From assembly GCA_964552565.1 (NCBI GenBank), contig CAZKGL010000001.1, positions 119,649-183,648 of the forward strand: 64,000 bases of DNA, in the 5' to 3' direction. Below are positions 45,508 through 56,264 of the stretch, piece after piece. The stretch comes from an uncultured Gammaproteobacteria bacterium. GTDB taxonomy: Bacteria; Patescibacteriota; Patescibacteriia; UBA9934. The translations under genes were made by a program, and so were the position numbers. The notes under the pieces were generated by a model that did not search any database, was not told where the DNA came from, and was given only the letters and a program-made list of their open reading frames with translations. Every line of letters begins with the position of its first letter. Within the stretch, counting starts at the first letter, position 1.

Positions 45508-45903
45508 ATGCTCCACCATCGCAGCTGGTTCCCGTTCATCCTCATCGGCCTCTCGCTCGCGCTTGGGGTGATCATTGCTGCCGTCTATGCCCCCCTAGCC
45601 CCCATAAATGGGGGTACCATCGGGGAAAATGAGACCCCCTCCATTGATGGAGGGGGCACGGGGGTGGTTACGGCAGAAGAATATGAGGCCGGCGTGCGCG
45701 CGGTCCTCTCGACGTACGCGGCGGGTGCGGATGCCGGCGCGGCCTACGACGCGCTTGTGGCCATGCGCGTCCCCACGGTCGAGTACCAAGCGGCGCACCT
45801 CGAGCTCGTCATCGCGTTTGCACAACTGAAATCCGGCAACACGGACGAAGGCCAGGCGCGGCTCGACCTCGCCATGACCGCGTACCCGTGGCTCATTCCG
45901 TAA
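45508..45903 (+). CDS. hypothetical membrane-anchored protein
   Basis: N-terminal TM. Coding-like GC3 bias. Confidence 0.4.
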   Translation: MLHHRSWFPFILIGLSLALGVIIAAVYAPLAPINGGTIGENETPSIDGGGTGVVTAEEYEAGVRAVLSTYAAGADAGAAYDALVAMRVPTVEYQAAHLELVIAFAQLKSGNTDEGQARLDLAMTAYPWLIP

Positions 45904-45906
45904 CGT

Positions 45907-46677
45907 GTGATCCTCCTCCACCGCCTCACGCCGTTCGCCCTCGCGGGCACGCTGTTCGCGGGCTTCGCGATGCTCATCGCGAGGCCGGCGTCCTTGTGGT
46001 GGCCGATCGTCCTCCTGTTTGTTGCGTCGACGCTCCTCCTCTCGCGGCTCCTCTTGTTCGAGTTCCGCCGTCCGGCGTTCTGGGTGTTCCTCGGCATCCC
46101 GTTGTTCATGGTCACCTCTGCGTTCCTGTTCTTCCTCTTTTTGGAATCCGACCTCGCCAAGTGGATCCTCGCGGTGAGCGTCGTCCTCGCGGCCGGACTG
46201 TACGCGGAGAACCTCTTTACGTTTTACCACCTGCCGAGCGCGTACCAAGCGTACTCGCTCGAGTATCTCTCGCTCGTCATCTCGATCGCGAGCGCGTTCT
46301 TCTTCACGAGCGCGGCAAACGGCGCGCACCTCTTCTTGCGCGACCTTGTCCCGTTGTGGATCCCCGCCATCATCGTGTTCGTCGCCGTGCTGTTTTCCAC
46401 GCTGGCGATGTTCTGGGTGAGCAAGGTCGGGTTTGAGACGTCGCGCCGGTACGCGCTGTTCGGCGCGCTCCTCATGACGGAACTCTTCGTCGTGCTGACG
46501 TTTTTGCCGACGAGCTTCGTGGCGAACGCCGCCGCCTTCGCGACGTGCTTGTATGTGTACCTCGGCCTCATGCGCGCGCACGTGCTCGAAAAACTGAGCC
46601 GGACGGTCGTGCGGCGGTACGCACTCACTGGTATGCTTCTTTTGGCGGTCATTTTTGGAACCGCACAATGGCTATGA
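45907..46677 (+). CDS. hypothetical polytopic membrane protein
   Basis: 6-8 hydrophobic helices. GTG start. Confidence 0.45.
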   Translation: MILLHRLTPFALAGTLFAGFAMLIARPASLWWPIVLLFVASTLLLSRLLLFEFRRPAFWVFLGIPLFMVTSAFLFFLFLESDLAKWILAVSVVLAAGLYAENLFTFYHLPSAYQAYSLEYLSLVISIASAFFFTSAANGAHLFLRDLVPLWIPAIIVFVAVLFSTLAMFWVSKVGFETSRRYALFGALLMTELFVVLTFLPTSFVANAAAFATCLYVYLGLMRAHVLEKLSRTVVRRYALTGMLLLAVIFGTAQWL

Positions 46678-47786
46678 TCCACCTCTCCCCACGTCGGCTT
46701 GTCCTCATTGTCCTCGCGCTTGCGCTTGTTGGCGGCGCGACGGCGGGTATTGTCGCGACCGTTGCGCTCGATTCGGCGCTCGAAGAATACGCCGCCGCGT
46801 TGTTTGCCGGCCGCGTGCCGGGAACGCCGGGCGGCGGGACGCGCCGCGCCGCCGATGCCGATGACGCGCTGACCACGGTCGGCGCCGTGGGCGAGGCGAG
46901 CGTCGCCACCGTCACGCAGGCCACGCTTGATTCGCGGTTGTCCGGTTCTTGGGTCACCGCGCATGACGCGCTCGGGTACGGCGTGGTGGTGAGCGCCGAC
47001 GGTTGGGTGCTGCTCCACGCCGACACGGTTTCGGGTATCGCGAACCCGATGCGCAACACGGAAGTGTGGATCGGCGGGACGCGCTACGTCCCGACCCAAG
47101 TGGTGACGGACACGCTTTCGGACACTGCGCTCATGAAGGTGGACGCAAGCGGGCTTGCACCGGTCGCGTTTGCCGCGTCGGAAGGCGAGGCGCCGGGCGC
47201 GCGCGTGTATGCCCCGAGTACGCAGGGCGGCCTGCTCGTGACGACGGTTGCGGACACGCGTGTCCCCGTGGACACGGTGGTGCGCGCCGAGGCCTATGCG
47301 TATGGATGGGAACTCGCGGTCCATCCCCAAACGGGGACGCCGGTTTTCGATGGCTCGGGGACGCTGCTCGGGCTTGCGGGGGAGGGCGGCATGACGCCGG
47401 TGCACCAGGTCTCGTCGTTTGTGAAAGACGTCATCCGCGACGGCGCGCCGTCGCACGCCGGGCTTGGCGCGTACGTCGCCGACCTCGGGGCGGTGCTCAA
47501 CATGGACGAGGGGCTGCGCGGCGGGGAGACGTACGGCGCGCTCGTGATTGCGCCGCCTTCCGGCGCCGCGGCCGTGCTCCGTTCGTCGCCGGCTGCAACC
47601 GCGGGATTGCTTGCGGGCGACATCATCGGCGCGGTCGACGGCGTGCGCGTGGATACGGCGACGACGCTCGCGGAATTGCTTCGTCTCTACGACCCGGGGG
47701 AGACCGCGGCGTTTGCCGTGACGCGCGGCGGGGAGGAGTTCACGCTCACCGTGACGTTCGTCGAGTACGGCGATTTGCTATACTAG
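46668..47786 (+). CDS. HtrA/trypsin-like fold protein with C-terminal PDZ domain (catalytic Ser not evident)
   Basis: N-terminal TM, His and Asp regions (HADTV, DTALMKVD), and a PDZ domain (GAYVADLG...GDIIGAVDGVRV). QGG stands where GNSGGP is expected. Confidence 0.55.
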   Translation: MAMIHLSPRRLVLIVLALALVGGATAGIVATVALDSALEEYAAALFAGRVPGTPGGGTRRAADADDALTTVGAVGEASVATVTQATLDSRLSGSWVTAHDALGYGVVVSADGWVLLHADTVSGIANPMRNTEVWIGGTRYVPTQVVTDTLSDTALMKVDASGLAPVAFAASEGEAPGARVYAPSTQGGLLVTTVADTRVPVDTVVRAEAYAYGWELAVHPQTGTPVFDGSGTLLGLAGEGGMTPVHQVSSFVKDVIRDGAPSHAGLGAYVADLGAVLNMDEGLRGGETYGALVIAPPSGAAAVLRSSPAATAGLLAGDIIGAVDGVRVDTATTLAELLRLYDPGETAAFAVTRGGEEFTLTVTFVEYGDLLY

Positions 47787-47790
47787 CGCT

Positions 47791-48444
47791 ATGACCTCTT
47801 CTGCAACGCAACTCATGCCGCTCTTGCGCAACTGGCGCACCGTCGCGTTCGCCGGCGCGCTCGGCTTGGTGTTGGCCGTGTTGGTATCGTTCGTTCGCCC
47901 GCTCGAGTACAGCTCGACGACGCGGCTGCTCATTACGCAGGAGCTTGGCGCGGTCGACGCGTACACGGCGAGCCGCTCGGCGGAACGCATCGCCGACGAC
48001 CTCGCGAGCATCGTCTATACGTCGACGTTCTACGACAAAGTGATGTCGTCGGGCTACCCGGTTGACGAGGCGTACTTCCCGAGCGACGCCATCAAGCGCC
48101 GCAAGAAGTGGGAAGACGCGGTCTCCGTTGCGGTCTCGCGTTCAAGCGGCCTGTTGACCGTCCGCGCGTACCACACCGACGTGACGCAGGCGGAAGAGCT
48201 GGCGCGCGCCGTCGCCTACGTCCTCAGCACGCAGGGGTGGACCTACACCTCGGGCGGTAACATCGCGGTGCAGATCGTCGACGAACCGCTCAACTCGCGC
48301 TATCCCGTGCGGCCCAACCTCATCGTCAACGGGATGTCCGGCCTCGTGCTCGGTATCCTCGCCGGTTCCGGCTATGTGCTTATCATGACGGAACGCCTCC
48401 GCCGGCGGCACCAGATTTTCCACGAAACTGCCGCTTCGGCGTAG
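47791..48444 (+). CDS. Wzz/chain-length-determinant-like protein
   Basis: Two TMs flanking a periplasmic domain. C-terminal Gly-rich TM (GMSGLVLGILAGSGYVLI). Confidence 0.5.
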   Translation: MTSSATQLMPLLRNWRTVAFAGALGLVLAVLVSFVRPLEYSSTTRLLITQELGAVDAYTASRSAERIADDLASIVYTSTFYDKVMSSGYPVDEAYFPSDAIKRRKKWEDAVSVAVSRSSGLLTVRAYHTDVTQAEELARAVAYVLSTQGWTYTSGGNIAVQIVDEPLNSRYPVRPNLIVNGMSGLVLGILAGSGYVLIMTERLRRRHQIFHETAASA

Positions 48445-48630
48445 CTTGACGGCCATTTGGCCTTGTTGGTAAGCTTCGGCCTGCAAATCTCCTTCGGGGA
48501 CCCGGTGGAGCGGTCGTGATGCCTCCTCCTCATCGCGATTCGTGACCGTCGGGTCTCCCAAGGAGATTTTTTGTTTTCCAAAACTTGGCTAATATTTCAC
48601 GCATTTTTCCCAATAAACCCAGGCTCATCC

Positions 48631-48659
48631 TTGACAGAAGCACAACTTTTTGCTACATT
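48631..48659 (+). promoter_or_regulatory. strong sigma70-like promoter in an AT-richer 450-bp intergenic region
   Basis: TTGACA, a 17-nt spacer, then TACATT. The predicted leader is about 230 nt long before the ATG at 48898. Confidence 0.55.
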
Positions 48660-48897
48660 TCGCTGTTCTTTTAAAGCCCTCGTTAGGCCAATTTTCGGCA
48701 GACTGGGGTGTGCGAAGGGCACTCTTATGGCCTGGATGTCGCGGAGGTTCTCCTCCAACCGCCGCTGACGTCCGGCCCTATGGAGTGCCCTTTACCGGAG
48801 CCAATCCGGGCGAGGGCACACCTCGCGACACTCCAGCCCGGCCGCAAGGCCACAACTGTCCGAACCACGGCCACCGAGCCGTTCGAGAGGTGAACCG

Positions 48898-49980
48898 ATG
48901 TTGCTCCCCCTGTTCCTCCTCACCTTCGCCCATGCGGCGGAGGAAGAGGAGCCCGCGGAGGAGGTGACCTACACCCCCGCCGCGGTCGACCAGGCGCGCC
49001 AGGACGCGAAGCTCGACGAGGCGTACACCCGCCGCACCGGCGGGACCGTCGACATGAGCAAGATCCTCGCGGCCCAGAAGGCCGCGCAGGACGCCGCCAC
49101 CGCCGCGGAGGACGCCCGCCAGGGCGCCGTCACCGCGTCGACCAACGCGACCACCGCCGCCGAGTCGGCCAACTCCGCCGCGCAGCGCGCGGAGGACGCC
49201 GCCATCCGCGCCGAAGCCGCCGCCAACGCCCCCCGCAACGTCATCGTCAGCGACGACGAGGAGGAGGACGAGCGCGACGAGCCCGAGCCCGAGGACGACG
49301 ACGGCGAGGTCGAAGACCTCGACGCCGAGGAGCCCAAGGACGGCGACAAGGACGGCGTCCCCGACGCGAAGGACGAGTGCCTCCGCGCCAAGGAGGACGT
49401 CGACGGCGTGTCCGACAAGGACGGCTGCCCCGACGACGGACCCCGCTTCGGCGGCTTCGTCAGCGCGGGTCTCGGCCTCGACTTCCGCGGCGGCAACGTC
49501 GAGGACGCCGACGGCAACACCGTCGCCGGTCCGATGGACGTCCCCCTGCTGCTCTCGGGCGGCATCCTCTACGGGGAGCGCGGCACCGACGCGGCGCGCG
49601 GCAAGGGCTTCGGCCTGTCGCTGCGCGGCGGTGTCGTGCCCGGCGCCGCCGGCCACCTGGCCTACGCGGACGTCCTCTTCCTCTCGACCTCGGCGCGCGG
49701 CGGTGCGATGGGGATCGGGATCGGTGGCGGCATGACCGCCATCGGCTCCCTCGAGGGGACGGGCATGGAGGCCTACCAGGCCGGCGGCGAGCTCATGCTC
49801 CTGTCGCGCACCCCGGTCAGCCGCACCGACCAGCCGAACGTCACCGACCTCAACGTCGCGATGACGATCGGCCTGGCGCGGGCGGGGAACGAGGTGTCCG
49901 GCGTGTGGGTGGTGCCCTTCGGGGTGCAGCTCACGCTCGGCCGGCGCTGGCAGGGCATCGCGCTCGACCCCGAGGACTAG
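48898..49980 (+). CDS. secreted acidic protein with OmpA-linker-type TSP3 repeats and Gly-rich C-terminal domain
   Basis: Signal peptide. Ala/Glu-rich region, poly-acidic stretch, DKDGVPDAKDEC...DKDGCPDDG, then a ~170-aa Gly-rich domain. GAGGTG SD. Confidence 0.55.
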   Translation: MLLPLFLLTFAHAAEEEEPAEEVTYTPAAVDQARQDAKLDEAYTRRTGGTVDMSKILAAQKAAQDAATAAEDARQGAVTASTNATTAAESANSAAQRAEDAAIRAEAAANAPRNVIVSDDEEEDERDEPEPEDDDGEVEDLDAEEPKDGDKDGVPDAKDECLRAKEDVDGVSDKDGCPDDGPRFGGFVSAGLGLDFRGGNVEDADGNTVAGPMDVPLLLSGGILYGERGTDAARGKGFGLSLRGGVVPGAAGHLAYADVLFLSTSARGGAMGIGIGGGMTAIGSLEGTGMEAYQAGGELMLLSRTPVSRTDQPNVTDLNVAMTIGLARAGNEVSGVWVVPFGVQLTLGRRWQGIALDPED

Positions 49981-49982
49981 GG

Positions 49983-50166
49983 CCTCGACTCGGAGGGGAC
50001 CGACGGTACGCAGTACGCTGCGTCCGTCGGTCCCCCACCCGACAATCTGAAATCATGTTACGCAAGTGCCGAATGCTTCGACACTGCCGTAGCCTGGTTT
50101 CGCGAGTAAACAGGTGAACGTCCTTCGGGGCGTTGTGACTGCAACTCGCATCGGTCCCACAACAAC
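49983..50166 (+). repeat. duplicated ~180-nt terminator + leader element (copy 1)
   Basis: Near-identical to 50755..50936 over the first ~120 nt and about 75% identical over the last 60 nt. Begins with a long GC hairpin, GGGGACCGACGGTACGCAG..CTGCGTCCGTCGGTCCCC. Confidence 0.7.
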
Positions 50167-50221
50167 CTGTCACGTGACCGCTAACGTGACATCACCGGCC
50201 TTTGGCCAAAGGAGCATTCCC

Positions 50222-50746
50222 ATGCTCTTGCTGACCTCCGTCGCCTGCATGATGGGCGACTTCGACGACAACCGCGTGTCCGGCGCCGACAACGGCGTCG
50301 ACGTGTCCGAGTACCTCGCGGAGAACGGCCCCCAGGACATGACCGACCTCGGCTACCCCGGCATGGTGGGCTTCCCGACCCTCGGGGCCCGCTTCGACCT
50401 CGCGGGCGGCTGCTACGCCGGCGTGAACGCCGCGGGCACCGACGAGGACTGGGAGGCCAACAACGTGTGCATCGAGGACAGCTCGGTCACGATCGAGGAG
50501 ACGGGCACGCGCTACGGCCTGCAGGAGTTCGACCCCGGCAACGGGAGCTCGGGCTACTACCACGGCAACATGTACAACGCCGCGGACCCGACCTGCGGGC
50601 CGAGCGTGAAGACGTGGGACTGCTGGTACAACCTCGAGGACTTCGAGGGCCGCAACAAGCTCATCGACTGCGGCATCGACGACCAGGGCGACCTGGTGTG
50701 CGCGCTCGACTTCTACTCGACGTGGGACGGCATCTCGGTCGACTAG
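50222..50746 (+). CDS. hypothetical lipoprotein (Cys-rich, acidic)
   Basis: Lipobox LTSVAC. AAAGGAG SD. Confidence 0.5.
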   Translation: MLLLTSVACMMGDFDDNRVSGADNGVDVSEYLAENGPQDMTDLGYPGMVGFPTLGARFDLAGGCYAGVNAAGTDEDWEANNVCIEDSSVTIEETGTRYGLQEFDPGNGSSGYYHGNMYNAADPTCGPSVKTWDCWYNLEDFEGRNKLIDCGIDDQGDLVCALDFYSTWDGISVD

Positions 50747-50754
50747 AGGCGCAG

Positions 50755-50936
50755 CCTCGACTCGGAGGGGACCGACGGTACGCAGTACGCTGCGTCCGTC
50801 GGTCCCCCACCCGACAATCTGAAATCATGTTACGCAAGTGCCGAATGCTTCGACACTGCCGTAGCCTGGTTTCGTGAGTTACAGGTGAAGCATCCTTCGG
50901 GATGTTGGCTGAAACTCACATCGTTCCCACAACAAC
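50755..50936 (+). repeat. duplicated ~180-nt terminator + leader element (copy 2)
   Basis: See 49983..50166. Confidence 0.7.
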
Positions 50937-50990
50937 CGCCCCGCATCCTACGCGCGGCACAACCGGCCTCAGGCCAAGGAGGAGAAGGCC

Positions 50991-51941
50991 ATGCGCCTGA
51001 TCCCGATCACCACCATCCTCGCCGCCTGCATCTTCGAGCAGGCCGACGTCCAGCTCGACGACGAGAGCCCGGTCACGGAGACCCCGTGGTCGGCCTCGGA
51101 GGGCGAGGACGACGACGGCGCCGACGACGGCGACGGCGGCGAGGGCACGTCCAGCACCTGGTACTTCGACGGCGACGGCGACGGCTTCGGCCTCACCTCG
51201 TCGGCGGTCACCGGGTCCAAGCCCTCGGACAGCACGTCCTGGGTGACGATGGGCGGCGACTGCAACGACGCGAGCGCCTCCATCAACCCCGACGCCACCG
51301 AGATCGCCGGCAACACGGTCGACGAGGACTGCGACGGCATCCTCGACAACGAGGACGGCTCCACGAGCTACTCGTACTACGTCGACAGCGACGGCGACGG
51401 CTACGGCAGCACGACCACGGTCACGTCCGACTCGTCCACCCCGGCGTCCGGCCAGTCCACCCTCAACACGGACTGCGACGACACCGACTCCAGCGTCTAC
51501 CCGGGCGCCACGGAGACCACGGACGGCGAGGACGACGACTGCGACGGCAGCGTCGACGAGTCGAGCTCCGGCTCGAGCACGTCGACCTCGGTCGAGGTCT
51601 GCTACCAGCCGCTCTCCGGCTCGAGCACGTGGACGGGCTACGCCTGGACCAACAACCCGTGGAACCAGACCTACTGGTTCGCGTCGGCCTACGCCTCGGC
51701 GTCGGGGACCACGAAGTCGTGCGGCTCGGCCCTCGGCTACGTGTCCGGCGCCACCGTCGAGATCAACGGGCTCAACCCGGACGGCGACTACATGGTCGGC
51801 GCCTGCGACGGCAGCACCTACGCGGCGATGTCCTCGGACGGCACGAAGTGCATGTTCGCGTACATCTGGGTGAACGGGACGCTGCTCGGCAGCTCCCACT
51901 TCTCGTCGGACAGCTACGACGCGAAGTACACCCTCCCGTAG
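50991..51941 (+). CDS. lipoprotein with MopE-like putative metal-binding repeats
   Basis: Lipobox LAAC. Repeats of DGDGxG...CNDxDxxxxPxAxExxxxxxDEDCDG. Confidence 0.55.
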   Translation: MRLIPITTILAACIFEQADVQLDDESPVTETPWSASEGEDDDGADDGDGGEGTSSTWYFDGDGDGFGLTSSAVTGSKPSDSTSWVTMGGDCNDASASINPDATEIAGNTVDEDCDGILDNEDGSTSYSYYVDSDGDGYGSTTTVTSDSSTPASGQSTLNTDCDDTDSSVYPGATETTDGEDDDCDGSVDESSSGSSTSTSVEVCYQPLSGSSTWTGYAWTNNPWNQTYWFASAYASASGTTKSCGSALGYVSGATVEINGLNPDGDYMVGACDGSTYAAMSSDGTKCMFAYIWVNGTLLGSSHFSSDSYDAKYTLP

Positions 51942-51948
51942 GGTCCAC

Positions 51949-52075
51949 GGCGAGGGGGCGACGTGCAGCAATGCGCGCCGCCCCCGACCAACCCAACGTA
52001 ATAAGAAGAGAGATCCTATCAATGAGTGAACTGCTCCGAGCGTTCATTCATCCGTGGGATCTCTCTTTGTTTTCG
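51949..52075 (+). repeat. conserved ~125-nt 3' element (copy 1)
   Basis: Matches 56050..56170. Terminator GGGGGCGGCG..CGCCGCCCCC plus a long-range hairpin AGAGAGATCC...GGATCTCTCT. Confidence 0.65.
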
Positions 52076-52284
52076 TGGACAACTGTCCGCAAATGACAAC
52101 GTCGACGTGATTTTTCCTTTACATCCTCATCATTTTTTGTTATAGTGATGCGTCCGTTTTTGCTGCGCCCTGCGCGCAAATTCGTGGACTAGGCGAGGGA
52201 AATGCCCTACGCTGAACAAGCCACACCGACCTTTCCCATCCACCACCCCCCCCCAACCACCGGACACCGGATCCTGGAGGACCC

Positions 52285-54483
<2,199 letters not shown>

Positions 54484-54486
<3 letters not shown>

Positions 54487-54568
54487 CCGGGGAACTCCCC
54501 GGCTCGCGTGAAGGCCGCCTTCCTGACTCCCGTAAGGGGGAAGGGGAGGCGGCCTGACCTGTTTTATT
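54484..54568 (+). terminator. stop-codon-overlapping AGCCGGGG..CCCCGGCT hairpin plus a second GC hairpin and T-tract
   Basis: TAGCCGGGGaactCCCCGGCT, then GGCCGCCTTCC...GGAGGCGGCC, then TGTTTTATT. Confidence 0.6.
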
Positions 54569-54626
54569 AGGCTAATTTTAGCCTCTTTTTTGTATATTTG
54601 GGGTTTGCGACCTCTACGGCAAGGGC

Positions 54627-54655
54627 TTGCAAAAAACCCAAGAATATGCTATAGT
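54627..54655 (+). promoter_or_regulatory. sigma70-like promoter in an AT-rich intergenic region
   Basis: TTGCAA, a 17-nt spacer, then TATAGT. About 120-nt leader to the ATG at 54782. Confidence 0.55.
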
Positions 54656-54781
54656 TATCCGTCAGTATTTTGGCTGACCAGAGCCCTGAAAAAGGGTATT
54701 CTGACGCGACCAATCGAACCTTCAACCCCGCTTTGGCTCAACCCCAAGGCTCACCGCGGAAATCCCGCAAAGGAGGCGCCC

Positions 54782-56038
54782 ATGCGCTTCTTGCTCTTGA
54801 CCCTCAGCCTCGCCGCCTGCAACGGCGACGAGCTCGTCTCCGACAGCGGGGACACCGGCGAGCCGGCCGACACCGGTCTCACCGGCGACACCGGCACGAC
54901 GACCGAGGCCACCCCCCAGTGGTGCCTCGACGCCGACGGCGACGCGTACCCCAACCGCGCCGCCTGCGTCACGCCCAACCCGTCCAACTCCTCGTACGTC
55001 GAGGTCGCCGACGTCTCCACGTACACCACGTGGGACTGCGACGACAACAACGCCTCGGTCTCCCCGGGGCAGTCCGAGTCGGTCGGCAACGGCATCGACG
55101 ACGACTGCGACTACGTCATCGACGAGGACCCGGAGGTCACGCGCTACTACGACTACGACCTCGACGGGTACGGCGGGGAGATCGTCATGACGGCGCCGGA
55201 GAGCAGCTTCGACTCCTCGTGGGTCGAGAACTCCAGCGACTGTGATGACTTCGACGCCCAGGTCACGCTCGGCGAGACCTACGTCGTCGACAGCGACGGC
55301 GACGGGTACGGCGACGAGGACCTCTCGGACTACCAGGTCGCGTGCGAGCAGCCCGCGGGCTACGTCGACAACGCGGAGGACTGCAACGACAGCTCCGACG
55401 AGTGGTACCCCGGCGCGGCCGAGGACTGCTCGGTCGACGAGGACCGCGACTGCGACGGCATCTCGCCGTTCGTCGACGCGGACGGCGACTCGTTCGCCGC
55501 CTGCGAGGACTGCGACGACTTCGCCGCGTCCGTCAACCCGGACGCCGACGAGGTCTGCAACTCCATCGACGACGACTGCGACGAACGGGTCGACGACAAC
55601 GACTCCGACGTCGTGGACGCCACGACCTGGTACGACGACGACGACGCGGACGGCTTCGGCGACCCGGACGACACCGTCGAGCGCTGCGAGGCGCCGGAGT
55701 CCACCGTCGGCAACGACGAGGACTGCGACGACTCCGACGCCGAGGTGAGCCCCGACGCCCGCGAGGTCTGCGACCGCGTCGACAACGACTGCGACTCGCG
55801 CACCGACGACGCGGACTCCGACGTGGAGGACCAGGTGACCTGGTACCTCGACCTCGACGGCGACTCGTACGGCTCCGACTCGTACACGCAGGACGCGTGC
55901 TACGAGCCGACGGCCACCTACGGGGAGTACGTCGAGGACGGCGGGGACTGCGACGAGGGCGACGACGACGTGAACCCGGATGCGTCCGAGGTCTCGGGCA
56001 ACACCGAGGACGAGGACTGCGACGGCACGGCGGAGTAG
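54782..56038 (+). CDS. lipoprotein with MopE-like putative metal-binding repeats
   Basis: Lipobox LSLAAC. AAAGGAGG SD. Repeated CDDxDAxVxPG..E..DGxDDDCD modules. Confidence 0.6.
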   Translation: MRFLLLTLSLAACNGDELVSDSGDTGEPADTGLTGDTGTTTEATPQWCLDADGDAYPNRAACVTPNPSNSSYVEVADVSTYTTWDCDDNNASVSPGQSESVGNGIDDDCDYVIDEDPEVTRYYDYDLDGYGGEIVMTAPESSFDSSWVENSSDCDDFDAQVTLGETYVVDSDGDGYGDEDLSDYQVACEQPAGYVDNAEDCNDSSDEWYPGAAEDCSVDEDRDCDGISPFVDADGDSFAACEDCDDFAASVNPDADEVCNSIDDDCDERVDDNDSDVVDATTWYDDDDADGFGDPDDTVERCEAPESTVGNDEDCDDSDAEVSPDAREVCDRVDNDCDSRTDDADSDVEDQVTWYLDLDGDSYGSDSYTQDACYEPTATYGEYVEDGGDCDEGDDDVNPDASEVSGNTEDEDCDGTAE

Positions 56039-56049
56039 CAGCCATTCGC

Positions 56050-56170
56050 GGCGAGGGGGCGGCGTGCAGCAATGCGCGCCGCCCCCGACCAACCCAACGT
56101 AACAAGAGAGATCCTATCAATGAGTGAAGCGCTCCGAGCCTTCCCTCATCCGTGGGATCTCTCTTTCTTT
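56050..56170 (+). repeat. conserved ~125-nt 3' element (copy 2)
   Basis: Matches 51949..52075. Confidence 0.65.
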
Positions 56171-56171
56171 T

Positions 56172-56201
56172 CGGAAGCTCAGCTTCGAAGCTGAGCTTCC
56201 G
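56172..56201. repeat. 30-bp perfect palindrome (second copy of the GAAGCTCAGCTTCGAAGCTGAGCTTC core)
   Basis: CGGAAGCTCAGCTTCGAAGCTGAGCTTCCG. Core identical to 7993..8018. Confidence 0.6.
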
Positions 56202-56264
56202 TGCCTCGGGATGGTTTGCGTTCCTCGCACGCCGCGGCGTCGGCCCGTGTGATAAAATATCCTC

